Source of the DNA: an uncultured Mycoplasmatota bacterium
Lineage (GTDB): Bacteria > Bacillota_I > Bacilli_A > RF39 > UBA660
Direction of reading: 5' to 3'
Length of the DNA stretch: 51,228 bases
Assembly: GCA_946488855.1 (NCBI GenBank)
Contig: CAMLWC010000004.1
Span: 1 to 51,228, forward strand
Position numbers and translations under genes: made by a program. The notes beneath the pieces are model-generated. The model was not told where the DNA came from. It saw only the letters and a list, made by a program, of their open reading frames with translations, and ran no database searches. Each line of letters starts with the position of its first letter. Position 1 is the stretch's first letter. Below, piece by piece: positions 36,609-45,882 of the stretch.

Positions 36609-37388
36609 ATGGATAATAATTTAACTGAGTATAATTCTGATTGTACTAATGACTGTCTTTGTCAAGTAATAAAATGTTTAATCGATATTTGTGAAACTGG
36701 ACCTACTGGGCCTACCGGACCTACCGGGCCTCAAGGGCCATGTGGTTGTACAGGATGTACTGGGCCTCAAGGTGCTACTGGGCCTCAAGGAAGAACTGGA
36801 GATACAGGAGTTCAAGGATTAACTGGACCTACTGGGCCTCAAGGTGCTACTGGACCTACTGGACCTCAAGGCGCTACTGGAGCTACTGGACCTACTGGAC
36901 CTACTGGACCTACTGGGCCTCAAGGCGCTACTGGACCTACTGGACCTCAAGGAGAATCATTTCAAAGTTATGCTATGGTTCATGACTTATCAAATTCAAC
37001 TGTTCCTAAACAAAATCCAATTTTATTTCAAAATACTAACTTATCAAATAAAATATCATATAGTCCAATAACTGGTGATTTTTCTATACCAGAAAAAGGA
37101 ATTTACATAATTCATTGGTGGGTTAATGTTAGAAACAAAGGAAAAGAATGTGAAGATAAAGCATTAAGTATAGAATTCAGAAAATTCTGGCCAAATGCCG
37201 AATTAATTGCACATTCATCAACACATAACAAAGTATCATGTTGTCAAACTGGAACAATTAATGGAAATGCTATTTTTGAAGCTACAGCTGGAGGAAGTTA
37301 TAGATTAGTAAATGCTTCTGAAGTAGATTTCGAATTAGTTCCAAATGATTTATATTCAGGATGTGTATCTATTACTAGAATAAATTAA
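36609..37388 (+). CDS. Collagen-like triple-helix repeat protein with globular C-terminal domain (BclA-like exosporium/spore-surface protein)
   Basis: 30-aa Cys-rich N-terminus ([17 protein letters not shown]), 29 uninterrupted GXY triplets (mostly GPT/GPQ/GAT), then a ~140-aa beta-rich C-terminal domain as in BclA. Confidence 0.8.
   Translation: MDNNLTEYNSDCTNDCLCQVIKCLIDICETGPTGPTGPTGPQGPCGCTGCTGPQGATGPQGRTGDTGVQGLTGPTGPQGATGPTGPQGATGATGPTGPTGPTGPQGATGPTGPQGESFQSYAMVHDLSNSTVPKQNPILFQNTNLSNKISYSPITGDFSIPEKGIYIIHWWVNVRNKGKECEDKALSIEFRKFWPNAELIAHSSTHNKVSCCQTGTINGNAIFEATAGGSYRLVNASEVDFELVPNDLYSGCVSITRIN
36699..36959 (+). repeat. GXY collagen-like coding microrepeat (29 triplets)
   Basis: Repeated ggacctactgg[ag]cctcaaggtgctact-type 9/27-bp units. 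It is a local GC-rich outlier. Confidence 0.9.
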
Positions 37389-37413
37389 AAAATATGGATT
37401 TTCCATATTTTTT
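37387..37413. terminator. Bidirectional terminator between the collagen-like gene and gmk
   Basis: AATATGGA-ttt-TCCATATT hairpin, flanked by an A-run and a T-run. Confidence 0.7.
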
Positions 37414-38086
37414 AATTTATTTCTAAAGGATCATTATCTAAATTCTTATCAATCAACATTTCATGCATATATTCTTCTTCCGTATTTAGAAATACTTCTT
37501 CTATTCTATCAACTCGGCATTTTTCAGCCTTAATAATAGATAATATTTTATCAACAGCGTTGTCTATTTCATCATTAATAACTACATAATTGTATTTTGT
37601 AACTTCATTCATTTCTTTATATGCAATTTTAAAACGTTCTAAAATTATTTCAGTTGTATCAGTTCCTCTGTTTACCAATCTTTTTTTTAATTCTTTTAAT
37701 GAAGGAGGCATTATAAAAATAAATAAAGCTTCTGGTATTAATTTTTTAATTTGCATAGCACCTTGTATTTCAATTTCTAATATAACATCTTCTCCATTAT
37801 CAAGATGTTCTTGAATATATTTCTTTGGTGTACCATAATAATTATCAGCATACATTGCATATTCTAAAAAATAATTTTCACTAATTTTATTTTGAAACTC
37901 TTCTTTTGTATAAAAATAATAAGTTTTACCTTCTATATCATTAGTTCTCATTTTTCTACTTGTTGCAGAAACAGAAAGCCATAAATTATTATTTTTTTCT
38001 AGCATTTTACTAATTATTGTACCTTTTCCTGCACCTGATGGAGCAGATATCACAATTAATAATCCTTGTTTTTTTGTTTTTATCAT
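37412..38086 (-). CDS. gmk: Guanylate kinase
   Basis: P-loop SAPSGAGKGT, SATSR, YYGT motifs. 224 aa with a C-terminal extension. Confidence 0.9.
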   Translation of the reverse strand: MIKTKKQGLLIVISAPSGAGKGTIISKMLEKNNNLWLSVSATSRKMRTNDIEGKTYYFYTKEEFQNKISENYFLEYAMYADNYYGTPKKYIQEHLDNGEDVILEIEIQGAMQIKKLIPEALFIFIMPPSLKELKKRLVNRGTDTTEIILERFKIAYKEMNEVTKYNYVVINDEIDNAVDKILSIIKAEKCRVDRIEEVFLNTEEEYMHEMLIDKNLDNDPLEIN

Positions 38087-38149
38087 ATTTCTCTCCTTTT
38101 TTATTTCTATTTTATCATAAAAAAAAGAAAAATATGTATTTTCCTTATA

Positions 38150-39061
38150 TTATTTTTTTAATTTTAATAATTTTATTTTTTCTTTTTTATGACTTTCTTT
38201 TATTTTTTGACTTTGCCAAGAATCATCAAAAGGTCTTATATAAAATAATGTATTTTCATAATACTTAACTAAATTACAATATTCATCAACAACTAACTTA
38301 CTAGGCCAATTTTTACTATATCCCAATGCGTCTTCACTTAAAAATGTATCATGACTTTCAATATATTTTACCATTTGATCTTTATTAGAACAATCGTAAT
38401 TTCCTAAAACATGCATATACATAGCATATTCATCACGAATTTTTATGTCTTCTTCAAAAATAACTTCACCATATAAAAATAAACCATATTTATCTAACCT
38501 ATAAATTATATTTGGCCAAAAACGATAGCCTTCACTTGGTAATCCAATTGATTTAGCAGCATCGAATCTAAAGCCCATTACTCCACAATCAATTAATTCA
38601 TTTAAAAATATTACTATCATATCTTCTACATCTTTATGATAAACATTCAATCCAGGTAAATCTATACAATTATGTATAACATCTTGTCTATTTTTCCAAT
38701 CTTTAACTTTAACTTTATTTCGCCAATATTCTGATTTTTGTAATCTTGAATTGACTCTTGGATGAGGTTTAAAATTATCATCAATTGATGCTCCCATATG
38801 ATTTATAACAACATCAGCAAATATTTTAATGTCATATTTTGAAGCTTCATCACATAGCAATTTTAAATCTTCTTTCGTACCAAAATAATTTCCTATTTCA
38901 AAATCTATTGGTTGATAAGACATCCACCATTCTTTCAATCCATCCTCTTTTAATGGTTGAATAGGATTAATTTGAATTGCATCAAATCCCTGTTCTTTCA
39001 CTTTACTTAAAATAGAAATTATATCATTTAATTTCCAATTAAAACAATGTAAAATTCTCAT
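38150..39061 (-). CDS. Minimal GH13 alpha-amylase-family catalytic domain protein
   Basis: Conserved regions DVVINH, GFRFDAAKS, GEVI, IESHDT with the catalytic D/E/D present. Only 303 aa, with no signal peptide and no domain C. Confidence 0.7.
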   Translation of the reverse strand: MRILHCFNWKLNDIISILSKVKEQGFDAIQINPIQPLKEDGLKEWWMSYQPIDFEIGNYFGTKEDLKLLCDEASKYDIKIFADVVINHMGASIDDNFKPHPRVNSRLQKSEYWRNKVKVKDWKNRQDVIHNCIDLPGLNVYHKDVEDMIVIFLNELIDCGVMGFRFDAAKSIGLPSEGYRFWPNIIYRLDKYGLFLYGEVIFEEDIKIRDEYAMYMHVLGNYDCSNKDQMVKYIESHDTFLSEDALGYSKNWPSKLVVDEYCNLVKYYENTLFYIRPFDDSWQSQKIKESHKKEKIKLLKLKK

Positions 39062-39118
39062 ACAACATACCTCTTTATTATATTATAACAATTATTTTAA
39101 TAAAATTTACAAAAAACT

Positions 39119-39225
39119 TTATTTTTCAATAATATTTAATACTATTCCAATACTGCATAATGTAATTAATAAGCTAAATCTACCATAAGTAATATAACAT
39201 CATTTAAAGTAATTATGTCGCTTAT
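39119..39225 (-). pseudogene. Remnant of the 3' end of a SEDS (FtsW/RodA/SpoVE) gene
   Basis: The minus strand encodes YITYGRFSLLITLCSIGIVLNIIEK-stop. Compare the C-terminus of the intact SEDS gene at 39888 (LSYGGSSLLITLCSVGIVLNISKHNCK-stop). Homology decays and loses frame upstream of 39196. Confidence 0.55.
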
Positions 39226-39405
39226 TTTTAGATAAATATTGCTACAATTTAAATTAAAAACTAACTTAATATTAAATATAATGATGTATAATATAAATAA
39301 TTTAATATTTTATTTAGTTATTAAACTTATTTTAAATATTTATAAAAATTGTTATTTCAAATTAAGAAAATAAGATTTTAATTTATATATTATATATTTT
39401 TACAA

Positions 39406-39774
39406 TCAATTATTAAGATACAAATATTGTGTTCTATTTCTTTCGATTAAAACTTCTGTGATATTAAATTCATATCTTAAAATACGTGCTACTTCAAATA
39501 CTGAATTTTCACATGCATTTATTGCCATAACATAAATAGAATTTTCAATTCCCGTTTCACTATCTCTATTAGCTCCTGTACCAACTAAAATAGTAAAACC
39601 ATTAACAAAATACTTTTTACATACTTCTTCAACAAAATTTAACGCGTCTTCTGTAGGTATAATTTGAACACCCTTACATTTATCATCTAATCCTATAAAT
39701 AAAGAATAAAAAGATCCATTAGAAAAACAATTATGCTGTCTCTGACAACAGCAACTATTATTATAAAAAATCAT
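39406..39774 (-). CDS. Hypothetical protein, possibly DUF3574-like
   Basis: 122 aa with a Cys-rich N-terminus (NNSCCCQRQHNC). LFIGLDD...IIPTEDALNFVEEVCKKYFVNGFTILVGTG...SIYVMAI loosely follows the DUF3574 pattern as I remember it. Confidence 0.35.
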   Translation of the reverse strand: MIFYNNSCCCQRQHNCFSNGSFYSLFIGLDDKCKGVQIIPTEDALNFVEEVCKKYFVNGFTILVGTGANRDSETGIENSIYVMAINACENSVFEVARILRYEFNITEVLIERNRTQYLYLNN

Positions 39775-39887
39775 GTATTCACCTCACTTCTATTAATGTA
39801 ATAAAAACTAAAAAAGTAATATTACATTTTATTGTATGATGCAAATACTAAAATAAATATTTAATATGTTTAGATATTTTATTTATA

Positions 39888-40973
39888 TTATTTACAATTA
39901 TGTTTACTTATATTAAGTACTATGCCAACACTACATAAAGTTATTAGTAATGAAGAACCTCCATAAGATAAAAATGGTAATGTAACACCCGTTACTGGTA
40001 TTAATCCTACTACAACCATTAAATTTAAACAAGCCTGAAAAGCAATTTGAAATATTATACCAAACGATAAATATTTACCAAATAAATCATTACAATTACG
40101 TGATATTTTAAATCCATTATAACAAATAATAACAAATAAAGTAATAATTATTAAACAACCTAAAAAACCTAATTCCTCACTTATTATTGAAAATATAAAA
40201 TCTGTTTGAGGTTCAGGTAAAAAGAAATGTTTTTGTCTTGAATTACCTATTCCAAAACCAAATAATCCACCTGGTCCTATAGCATATAAACTTTGAATAA
40301 TTTGAAATCCACTACCTAAAGGATCACTCCACGGATTTATAAATGAAAGTATTCGACTAAGTCTGTAAGGTGCTGCTAAAATTAAACCTACTACACCTAT
40401 TACTCCTACAACACCTAATCTAATAAAATATTTAAAATCAACCCCGCCTACAAATAACAAACCAATTATAGACATTACAATAATAGTACCTGTTCCAAAA
40501 TCAGGTTGTAACATAATAAGTCCAAATATTAATAAAAGTAATACTAAAATCGGTAAAATACCTTTAAAAGATTTTGTTGCTTTTTCATTATATGCTAAAT
40601 ACTTAGATACAAATATCAGCAATCCTAATTTTGTAAATTCACTAGGTTGAATACCAAATGAACCAATACCAAACCAACTTCGACTACCATTTCTAACAGT
40701 ACCAACACCTGGGATTAAAACTAATATTAATAAAACCAAACAACTAATTAAAATTAAATTAGATTTTTTTAAATATATTTTATAATCTATTTTACTTATT
40801 ATAATCATTAAAATTAAACCAACTATAAAAAACAATCCTTGATTTTTAACATATTTTAAAGCATCACCATATTTATATTCTGCCCATATATAAGAAGCAG
40901 AATAAATCATCAAAACACCAAAAACACTTATTATTATTACACTTATTAATAAAGTTAAATTATATTTTTTCAT
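39888..40973 (-). CDS. ftsW: SEDS-family peptidoglycan glycosyltransferase (FtsW/SpoVE-type)
   Basis: 361 aa and ~10 TM helices. Motifs GSRSWF, QPSEFTKL, PEPQTDFIFS, TLPFLSYGGSS. Confidence 0.85.
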   Translation of the reverse strand: MKKYNLTLLISVIIISVFGVLMIYSASYIWAEYKYGDALKYVKNQGLFFIVGLILMIIISKIDYKIYLKKSNLILISCLVLLILVLIPGVGTVRNGSRSWFGIGSFGIQPSEFTKLGLLIFVSKYLAYNEKATKSFKGILPILVLLLLIFGLIMLQPDFGTGTIIVMSIIGLLFVGGVDFKYFIRLGVVGVIGVVGLILAAPYRLSRILSFINPWSDPLGSGFQIIQSLYAIGPGGLFGFGIGNSRQKHFFLPEPQTDFIFSIISEELGFLGCLIIITLFVIICYNGFKISRNCNDLFGKYLSFGIIFQIAFQACLNLMVVVGLIPVTGVTLPFLSYGGSSLLITLCSVGIVLNISKHNCK

Positions 40974-41016
40974 AATTATCCCTCTATTAATTTTATGAAA
41001 AACAAAAAAGCATAAT

Positions 41017-41877
41017 TCATGCTTTTAAGTTACAATTCTTATTAAATCTATTACTTATTTTAATTAATTTAATCGCTAATTTGTTTATTTTATTTTTAAC
41101 AAACATTCCCTTTTTATTTTGTAATTCTTTTAATTCAAATAAAGTATCAATTAATTGTTGATAACCATCTTCACCATATATATCATTAAACCATTTTTCA
41201 ATATCATCGATATTGCCATCGATTCTTAAATTTTCTAAAGTTAATAAAAATGTTTTATTATTTAATAGTTTTTGACAATAATATTTTAAACTAAAATAAG
41301 CAGGTGATATATAACTGCCATTGATACTATTTTTTACAGCATAAATAGTATTTTTTATTGCCTCATCATCACTTTCTAAATTGGCAATAATATTAATTAA
41401 ATTTTCTGTTTGTTTAGAATTAATTATTTCTTCTAAAACATAACTCTTATTTTTATCGATAATTTTCTTTTCTTTTATGCTATATTTAGTTTTAGTTAGA
41501 CCAGTCCTTAAATAAAAATATTCATTATCAATTAATATTTCATTTTTATATGAATTGATGGCGTGATTTAGTTCGTGAATTAAATTATCTAATAACTGTA
41601 AAAATGGAATGTTATTATATCTATTCAAAAAAATTACTTTTTTCGTTTTAATTATGTCTTCCAAATAAGGATAACTTACATATAATGCTTGAATTTTAGG
41701 ATCTTCTTTGCCAGTTACAACAATAGGAATATTATTCAAGCAATCAATAATAAATTGTTCTTTTTTATATTTAATAACAAAAGCAGGTAATACTACATAT
41801 AATAAATGTTTTATATTATCTGGGTAATTATATTTTAAACCGATTTCATCAATAATAGGGATATATTTTTCTATCAT
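41017..41877 (-). CDS. Hypothetical HExxH protein occupying the slot between mraY and ftsW
   Basis: LIHELNHAINS motif. The start is placed at the ATG of MIEKYIPII (41877) behind AGGTGA. No family recognised. Confidence 0.5.
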   Translation of the reverse strand: MIEKYIPIIDEIGLKYNYPDNIKHLLYVVLPAFVIKYKKEQFIIDCLNNIPIVVTGKEDPKIQALYVSYPYLEDIIKTKKVIFLNRYNNIPFLQLLDNLIHELNHAINSYKNEILIDNEYFYLRTGLTKTKYSIKEKKIIDKNKSYVLEEIINSKQTENLINIIANLESDDEAIKNTIYAVKNSINGSYISPAYFSLKYYCQKLLNNKTFLLTLENLRIDGNIDDIEKWFNDIYGEDGYQQLIDTLFELKELQNKKGMFVKNKINKLAIKLIKISNRFNKNCNLKA

Positions 41878-41922
41878 TTTCTCACCTATTATTATTTTAT
41901 AATAATTTAAATAATTATTCAA

Positions 41923-42909
41923 CTAAATTATAACACCAAAAGTTAAGGCAAATAATGAAGCAATTAAACCGATTATCCAAAATAGTTTTACTATATCATG
42001 TTCGTCCCATCCTTTTTTTTCAAAAGAATGATGTATCGGTGTCATTAAAAATAATCTTTTTTTAGTAAATTTATAATATGTTCTTTGAATTATACAACTT
42101 AATGTTTCAACAACAAAAACTATTCCTATTAAAACTAATAATAACTCATGTCTTGTAATAATAGCAATACTGCCTAGAGTTGCTCCTAATGCTAAAGAAC
42201 CAGTATCCCCCATAAAAATCTTAGCTGGATTAGCATTGAACACTAAAAATCCTAAAATACTACCAACTAAAGCAAAACAAAATAAAGCAACACTTTCATA
42301 ACCTTCTAACCAGCCAGTATCATAAGCAATAATACCAAAAGTTAAAAAAGCAATTATTGATAGACCGCCTGCTAATCCATCTAAGCCATCAGTTAAGTTA
42401 ACAGCATTGCTAGAAGCAACTAAAACGAACAATATAAATAAACCATATAGCCAACCAATATCTAATCTTAAGTTAATTGTATGAATCCAAAGTAATGGTT
42501 CGTTACCGGCTTTCATAAATAAATAGAAAAATATAACTGCAACAAATAATTGTAATACAAATTTTGCACTCTCACTTAAACCATTATTGTTATTCTTAAT
42601 AATAATTAAATAATCATCTATAAAACCTATTAAACTATAACTTAAAAACGTAAATATTACTATTAGTAAACTATAATTTAATTCAATTATATTTAGTAAT
42701 AGTAAAAATAAAATAATTAATATTGTAGGAACTATAAAAATTATTCCCCCCATCGTTGGAGTACCACTTTTTTTCTTATGAGTTTCTTCTAAATATCTAT
42801 TTAATATTTGATCTAATTTTTTCTTTTTTAAAAAAGGAATAATTAAAAAACCTAAGACAATTGATAAAATAAAACTTAACATTACTACAAAAGCAACTTT
42901 TGTTAACAT
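41923..42909 (-). CDS. mraY: Phospho-N-acetylmuramoyl-pentapeptide transferase
   Basis: 328 aa and 10 TM. Motifs KKSGTPTMGG, NAVNLTDGLDGLA, MGDTGSLALG. The start overlaps the upstream PBP stop (TAATG). Confidence 0.95.
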   Translation of the reverse strand: MLTKVAFVVMLSFILSIVLGFLIIPFLKKKKLDQILNRYLEETHKKKSGTPTMGGIIFIVPTILIILFLLLLNIIELNYSLLIVIFTFLSYSLIGFIDDYLIIIKNNNNGLSESAKFVLQLFVAVIFFYLFMKAGNEPLLWIHTINLRLDIGWLYGLFILFVLVASSNAVNLTDGLDGLAGGLSIIAFLTFGIIAYDTGWLEGYESVALFCFALVGSILGFLVFNANPAKIFMGDTGSLALGATLGSIAIITRHELLLVLIGIVFVVETLSCIIQRTYYKFTKKRLFLMTPIHHSFEKKGWDEHDIVKLFWIIGLIASLFALTFGVII

Positions 42910-44819
42910 TATTCATCTCCTAACATTAATCTTATTACTTCACCTTCTGCTAAATAACTTCCTTCACTTGGCGATTGATGAATTACTTTATTACCACTAC
43001 CACTAAATTCAACTTTAAATTCTTTTAAGTTAGATACCGCTTCTTTAGTATCCAATCCAATTACATTAGGAACCGTATAATATCTTTTATCACCATAATT
43101 ATATTCTTTAGTCATACCATCATATCTTGGCTCGATATTTAAAGCAGAAATTGCGGCATTTAAAACATTTTTAGCTATTGGTGCTGCAATTGTACCACCA
43201 TATTGTGTTACTCCTTTAGCGTTATCTATTGCTATATAAACTACTACTTCAGGATCATCTGCAGGCAAAAAACCCATAAAAGATGTTATATAATTACCCA
43301 CTAAATATTTTCCATCTTCAACTTTTTGTGCTGTACCTGTTTTACCACCTACACGATAATTTGATATATAAGCATTTCTACCAGTTCCATTAGCAACAAC
43401 ACTTTCTAAAACATATCTTACTTTCGCACTAGTATTTTCTGTTATTACTTTTCTTGTTACACTAGGTTTATTTTCAACTACTACTGAATTAGTTTCTGGT
43501 TCGTTTAAACTTTTAACAATATAAGGAGTATATAAATTACCACCATTAATTGCTGCTGAAACTGCTGTTATTTGTTGTATTGGTGTTACTGATACACCTT
43601 GACCAAAGGCCGATGTGGCTAATTCTAAATCACCTATTTTATCTTTATCAAAGATAATACCATTAGCCTCTCCATTTAAATCAATTCCTGTTATACTACC
43701 AAAACCGAATTTATCAATATAATCAAATAAAGTGTCTTTGCCTATCCTTAAGCCTAATTCTACAAACCCTGGATTACAAGAGTTTTCAACGACTTGTAAA
43801 AATGTTTGATCGCCGTGACCTCCGTGTTTCCAACAATGAATAGTAGCGCCACCTACCTTAACAGAGCCACTATCATAAAAATGTTCTTCCTCTAAATTAA
43901 CAATATTCTCCTCTAAAGCAGTCGCCAAAGTAATTATTTTAAAAGTAGACCCAGGTTCATATGTCATCCATATAGGTAAATTACGATTAATTATTTCGGT
44001 TGAATAATCTTGATAATTACTTGGATCGAAAGTTGGTCGTGAAGCGATTGCCAGAATCTCTCCTGTTTTAGGATTCATAACTATTCCTAATGCTTGATCA
44101 GGATTATATTTACTTATAGCATTATCTAATTCACTTTCTAAAGCAACTTGAATATTGTAATCAACAGTTAAATATATATCAATACCATCTTGTGGTTGTT
44201 CATATATTTCTGATAATTTTAATTTATTTCCTTTAGCATCACTAAAAAATTTTATCGCTCCATAACTTCCAGTTAAGTAATCATCATACATTAATTCTAG
44301 CCCTGATAATCCTTGATTATCGATACCAACAAATCCTAAAGTATGGGCTAACATACTTCCATATGGATAATATCTTTTACTTTCTTTTAATAAATATACT
44401 CCAGGTAAATCTAAATCATTTATTTTATCAGCAGTTTCATAATCTAATCTTCTACCTTCAGGATGAACTCTTTCAATAGAAGATTTTACTGAAACATGTT
44501 CATACATTTCTTCATAAGTTATATTTAAAATAGGCGCTATTAATTCAGCAGTTTTTTCTTTATCTTCAATTTGATTAGGTATTAATACTAAAGATGTAGT
44601 CGTTATATTATCCGCTAAAACAACACCATTTCGGTCATATATTTTTCCTCTATTGGCTTCTATTGGTAAATTTCTACTCCATAAACTAGTTGCATAATTA
44701 TTTAACTTTTCATATTCAAATACTTGGATATAAAAAACTTTGCCAATTATTAATATAAAAAATAAAAATATTACTAACATCACTATTTTAATTCTAATAT
44801 GAATATTTTTAAAAAACAT
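42909..44819 (-). CDS. Class B penicillin-binding protein, SpoVD/PBP2B-type with one PASTA domain
   Basis: N-terminal TM. Motifs GSTFK (SxxK), SCN (SxN), KTGT, and a C-terminal PASTA domain. The probable start is the ATG of MFFKNIH (44819). Confidence 0.9.
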   Translation of the reverse strand: MFFKNIHIRIKIVMLVIFLFFILIIGKVFYIQVFEYEKLNNYATSLWSRNLPIEANRGKIYDRNGVVLADNITTTSLVLIPNQIEDKEKTAELIAPILNITYEEMYEHVSVKSSIERVHPEGRRLDYETADKINDLDLPGVYLLKESKRYYPYGSMLAHTLGFVGIDNQGLSGLELMYDDYLTGSYGAIKFFSDAKGNKLKLSEIYEQPQDGIDIYLTVDYNIQVALESELDNAISKYNPDQALGIVMNPKTGEILAIASRPTFDPSNYQDYSTEIINRNLPIWMTYEPGSTFKIITLATALEENIVNLEEEHFYDSGSVKVGGATIHCWKHGGHGDQTFLQVVENSCNPGFVELGLRIGKDTLFDYIDKFGFGSITGIDLNGEANGIIFDKDKIGDLELATSAFGQGVSVTPIQQITAVSAAINGGNLYTPYIVKSLNEPETNSVVVENKPSVTRKVITENTSAKVRYVLESVVANGTGRNAYISNYRVGGKTGTAQKVEDGKYLVGNYITSFMGFLPADDPEVVVYIAIDNAKGVTQYGGTIAAPIAKNVLNAAISALNIEPRYDGMTKEYNYGDKRYYTVPNVIGLDTKEAVSNLKEFKVEFSGSGNKVIHQSPSEGSYLAEGEVIRLMLGDE

Positions 44820-45075
44820 ATACTCACCCATTTAAGTATATGTTTTATTTATTATTTTAATAGTATACTATTGAAAATACTTATTTAATTATCTAAATTT
44901 ATAATATAACTACTACTAGTTCCCTCATTTGTTTTATAATTTTTTCCATAAATTGGATTTTAAAAACCAATTTCTATTTTGGGAATATCTTGATACATTT
45001 CATATTCTAATAATCCCATATCCATATTAATTTTAACTAATTTATCCATAAAAAATGCCTATAATACTTTCTATT

Positions 45076-45882
45076 TTATATATTTAACAATTTATTTAAA
45101 AAGATTTCAATCAAACAGATACTAAAATAATTATTCCATAATAATTTTAATTTTGAATCATCTTCAATTAAGTTTATATACTCATTAGCATTTTCAATAT
45201 AACTTAAAGTTTCTCTATTTTTTGATGTATTAATAATTGCTTTTCTTAAAGTTTCTTTATTAATATCATTCCATTTTAAATTAACAAACATATATAAATC
45301 ATAATAATCTTTCATTCTAGTATTATCAATATTTCTACTTATTATTGATTCAAATTTTTCTGCTATTATAGTTTCATAATTATAAGTCATAATATTAATA
45401 GTATCATTATCAAATAATGTAATATAATTAAATTCTACTTCTTTATAAGTAATAACATCACCTGTTGTTATATCAATCATTAAATTAATTTTTAATCCAT
45501 CAAAGTCTGCTTTTAAGTTAACATTATACCCTGAATATAAATCTTCTTCTCTAATATCTTTAATATTTTTTATTTCAAAAGTTATATTATCTTTTAAATC
45601 GATATTTATTATTTCTGTAATTACTTTTGTAATTGTACTTTTATTTAATGGTAATCCTTTAATTGTAGTATCTAGATCCATTGTACTTCTTAAATTAACA
45701 CCAAAGATAGAAGATAATAATAGACCACCTTTAATAATAAACTTATCTTTATAAACTGAATTAGATATTCTTTTTAATAATGCTTCAAACATAAAATTTT
45801 GAATTATATATTTATTAGGAATATTTGTTTGTTTTGATAAATTAGATGCTTTTGCTTTTAAACTATCTTTATTTTTAATCAT
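45076..45882 (-). CDS. abiEii: AbiEii/AbiGii-family nucleotidyltransferase toxin (type IV TA)
   Basis: N-terminal FMFEALLKRI...FIIKGGLLL...RSTMDLD pattern of DUF1814/AbiEii. The ATGA overlap with the upstream antitoxin gene is consistent with translational coupling. Confidence 0.8.
   Translation of the reverse strand: MIKNKDSLKAKASNLSKQTNIPNKYIIQNFMFEALLKRISNSVYKDKFIIKGGLLLSSIFGVNLRSTMDLDTTIKGLPLNKSTITKVITEIINIDLKDNITFEIKNIKDIREEDLYSGYNVNLKADFDGLKINLMIDITTGDVITYKEVEFNYITLFDNDTINIMTYNYETIIAEKFESIISRNIDNTRMKDYYDLYMFVNLKWNDINKETLRKAIINTSKNRETLSYIENANEYINLIEDDSKLKLLWNNYFSICLIEIFLNKLLNI

Noticed and set aside
36740-37071. Two plus-strand ORFs (81 and 75 aa) in alternative frames of the collagen-like gene
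   Set aside because: They are frame-shifted readings of the GXY repeat (WTYWTSRRY..., LLDLLDLK...). They have no SD and lie wholly inside a better-supported CDS. This is a repeat artefact.
39775-39887. CATACAATA motif upstream of the 39406 gene (also upstream of the YjcZ peptides, with CATAATATA upstream of the collagen gene) as sigma-E/K sporulation promoters
   Set aside because: A 9-nt AT-rich motif is expected by chance in this genome. Only the YjcZ copy has an AC at the right -35 distance, so I made no promoter call for the others.
44960-45049. 29-aa ORF MDKLVKINMDMGLLEYEMYQDIPKIEIGF as a real gene or GNAT-type fragment
   Set aside because: It has no SD, and my recollection of a similar acetyltransferase N-terminus is vague. 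I mention it only as a possible remnant in the island finding.
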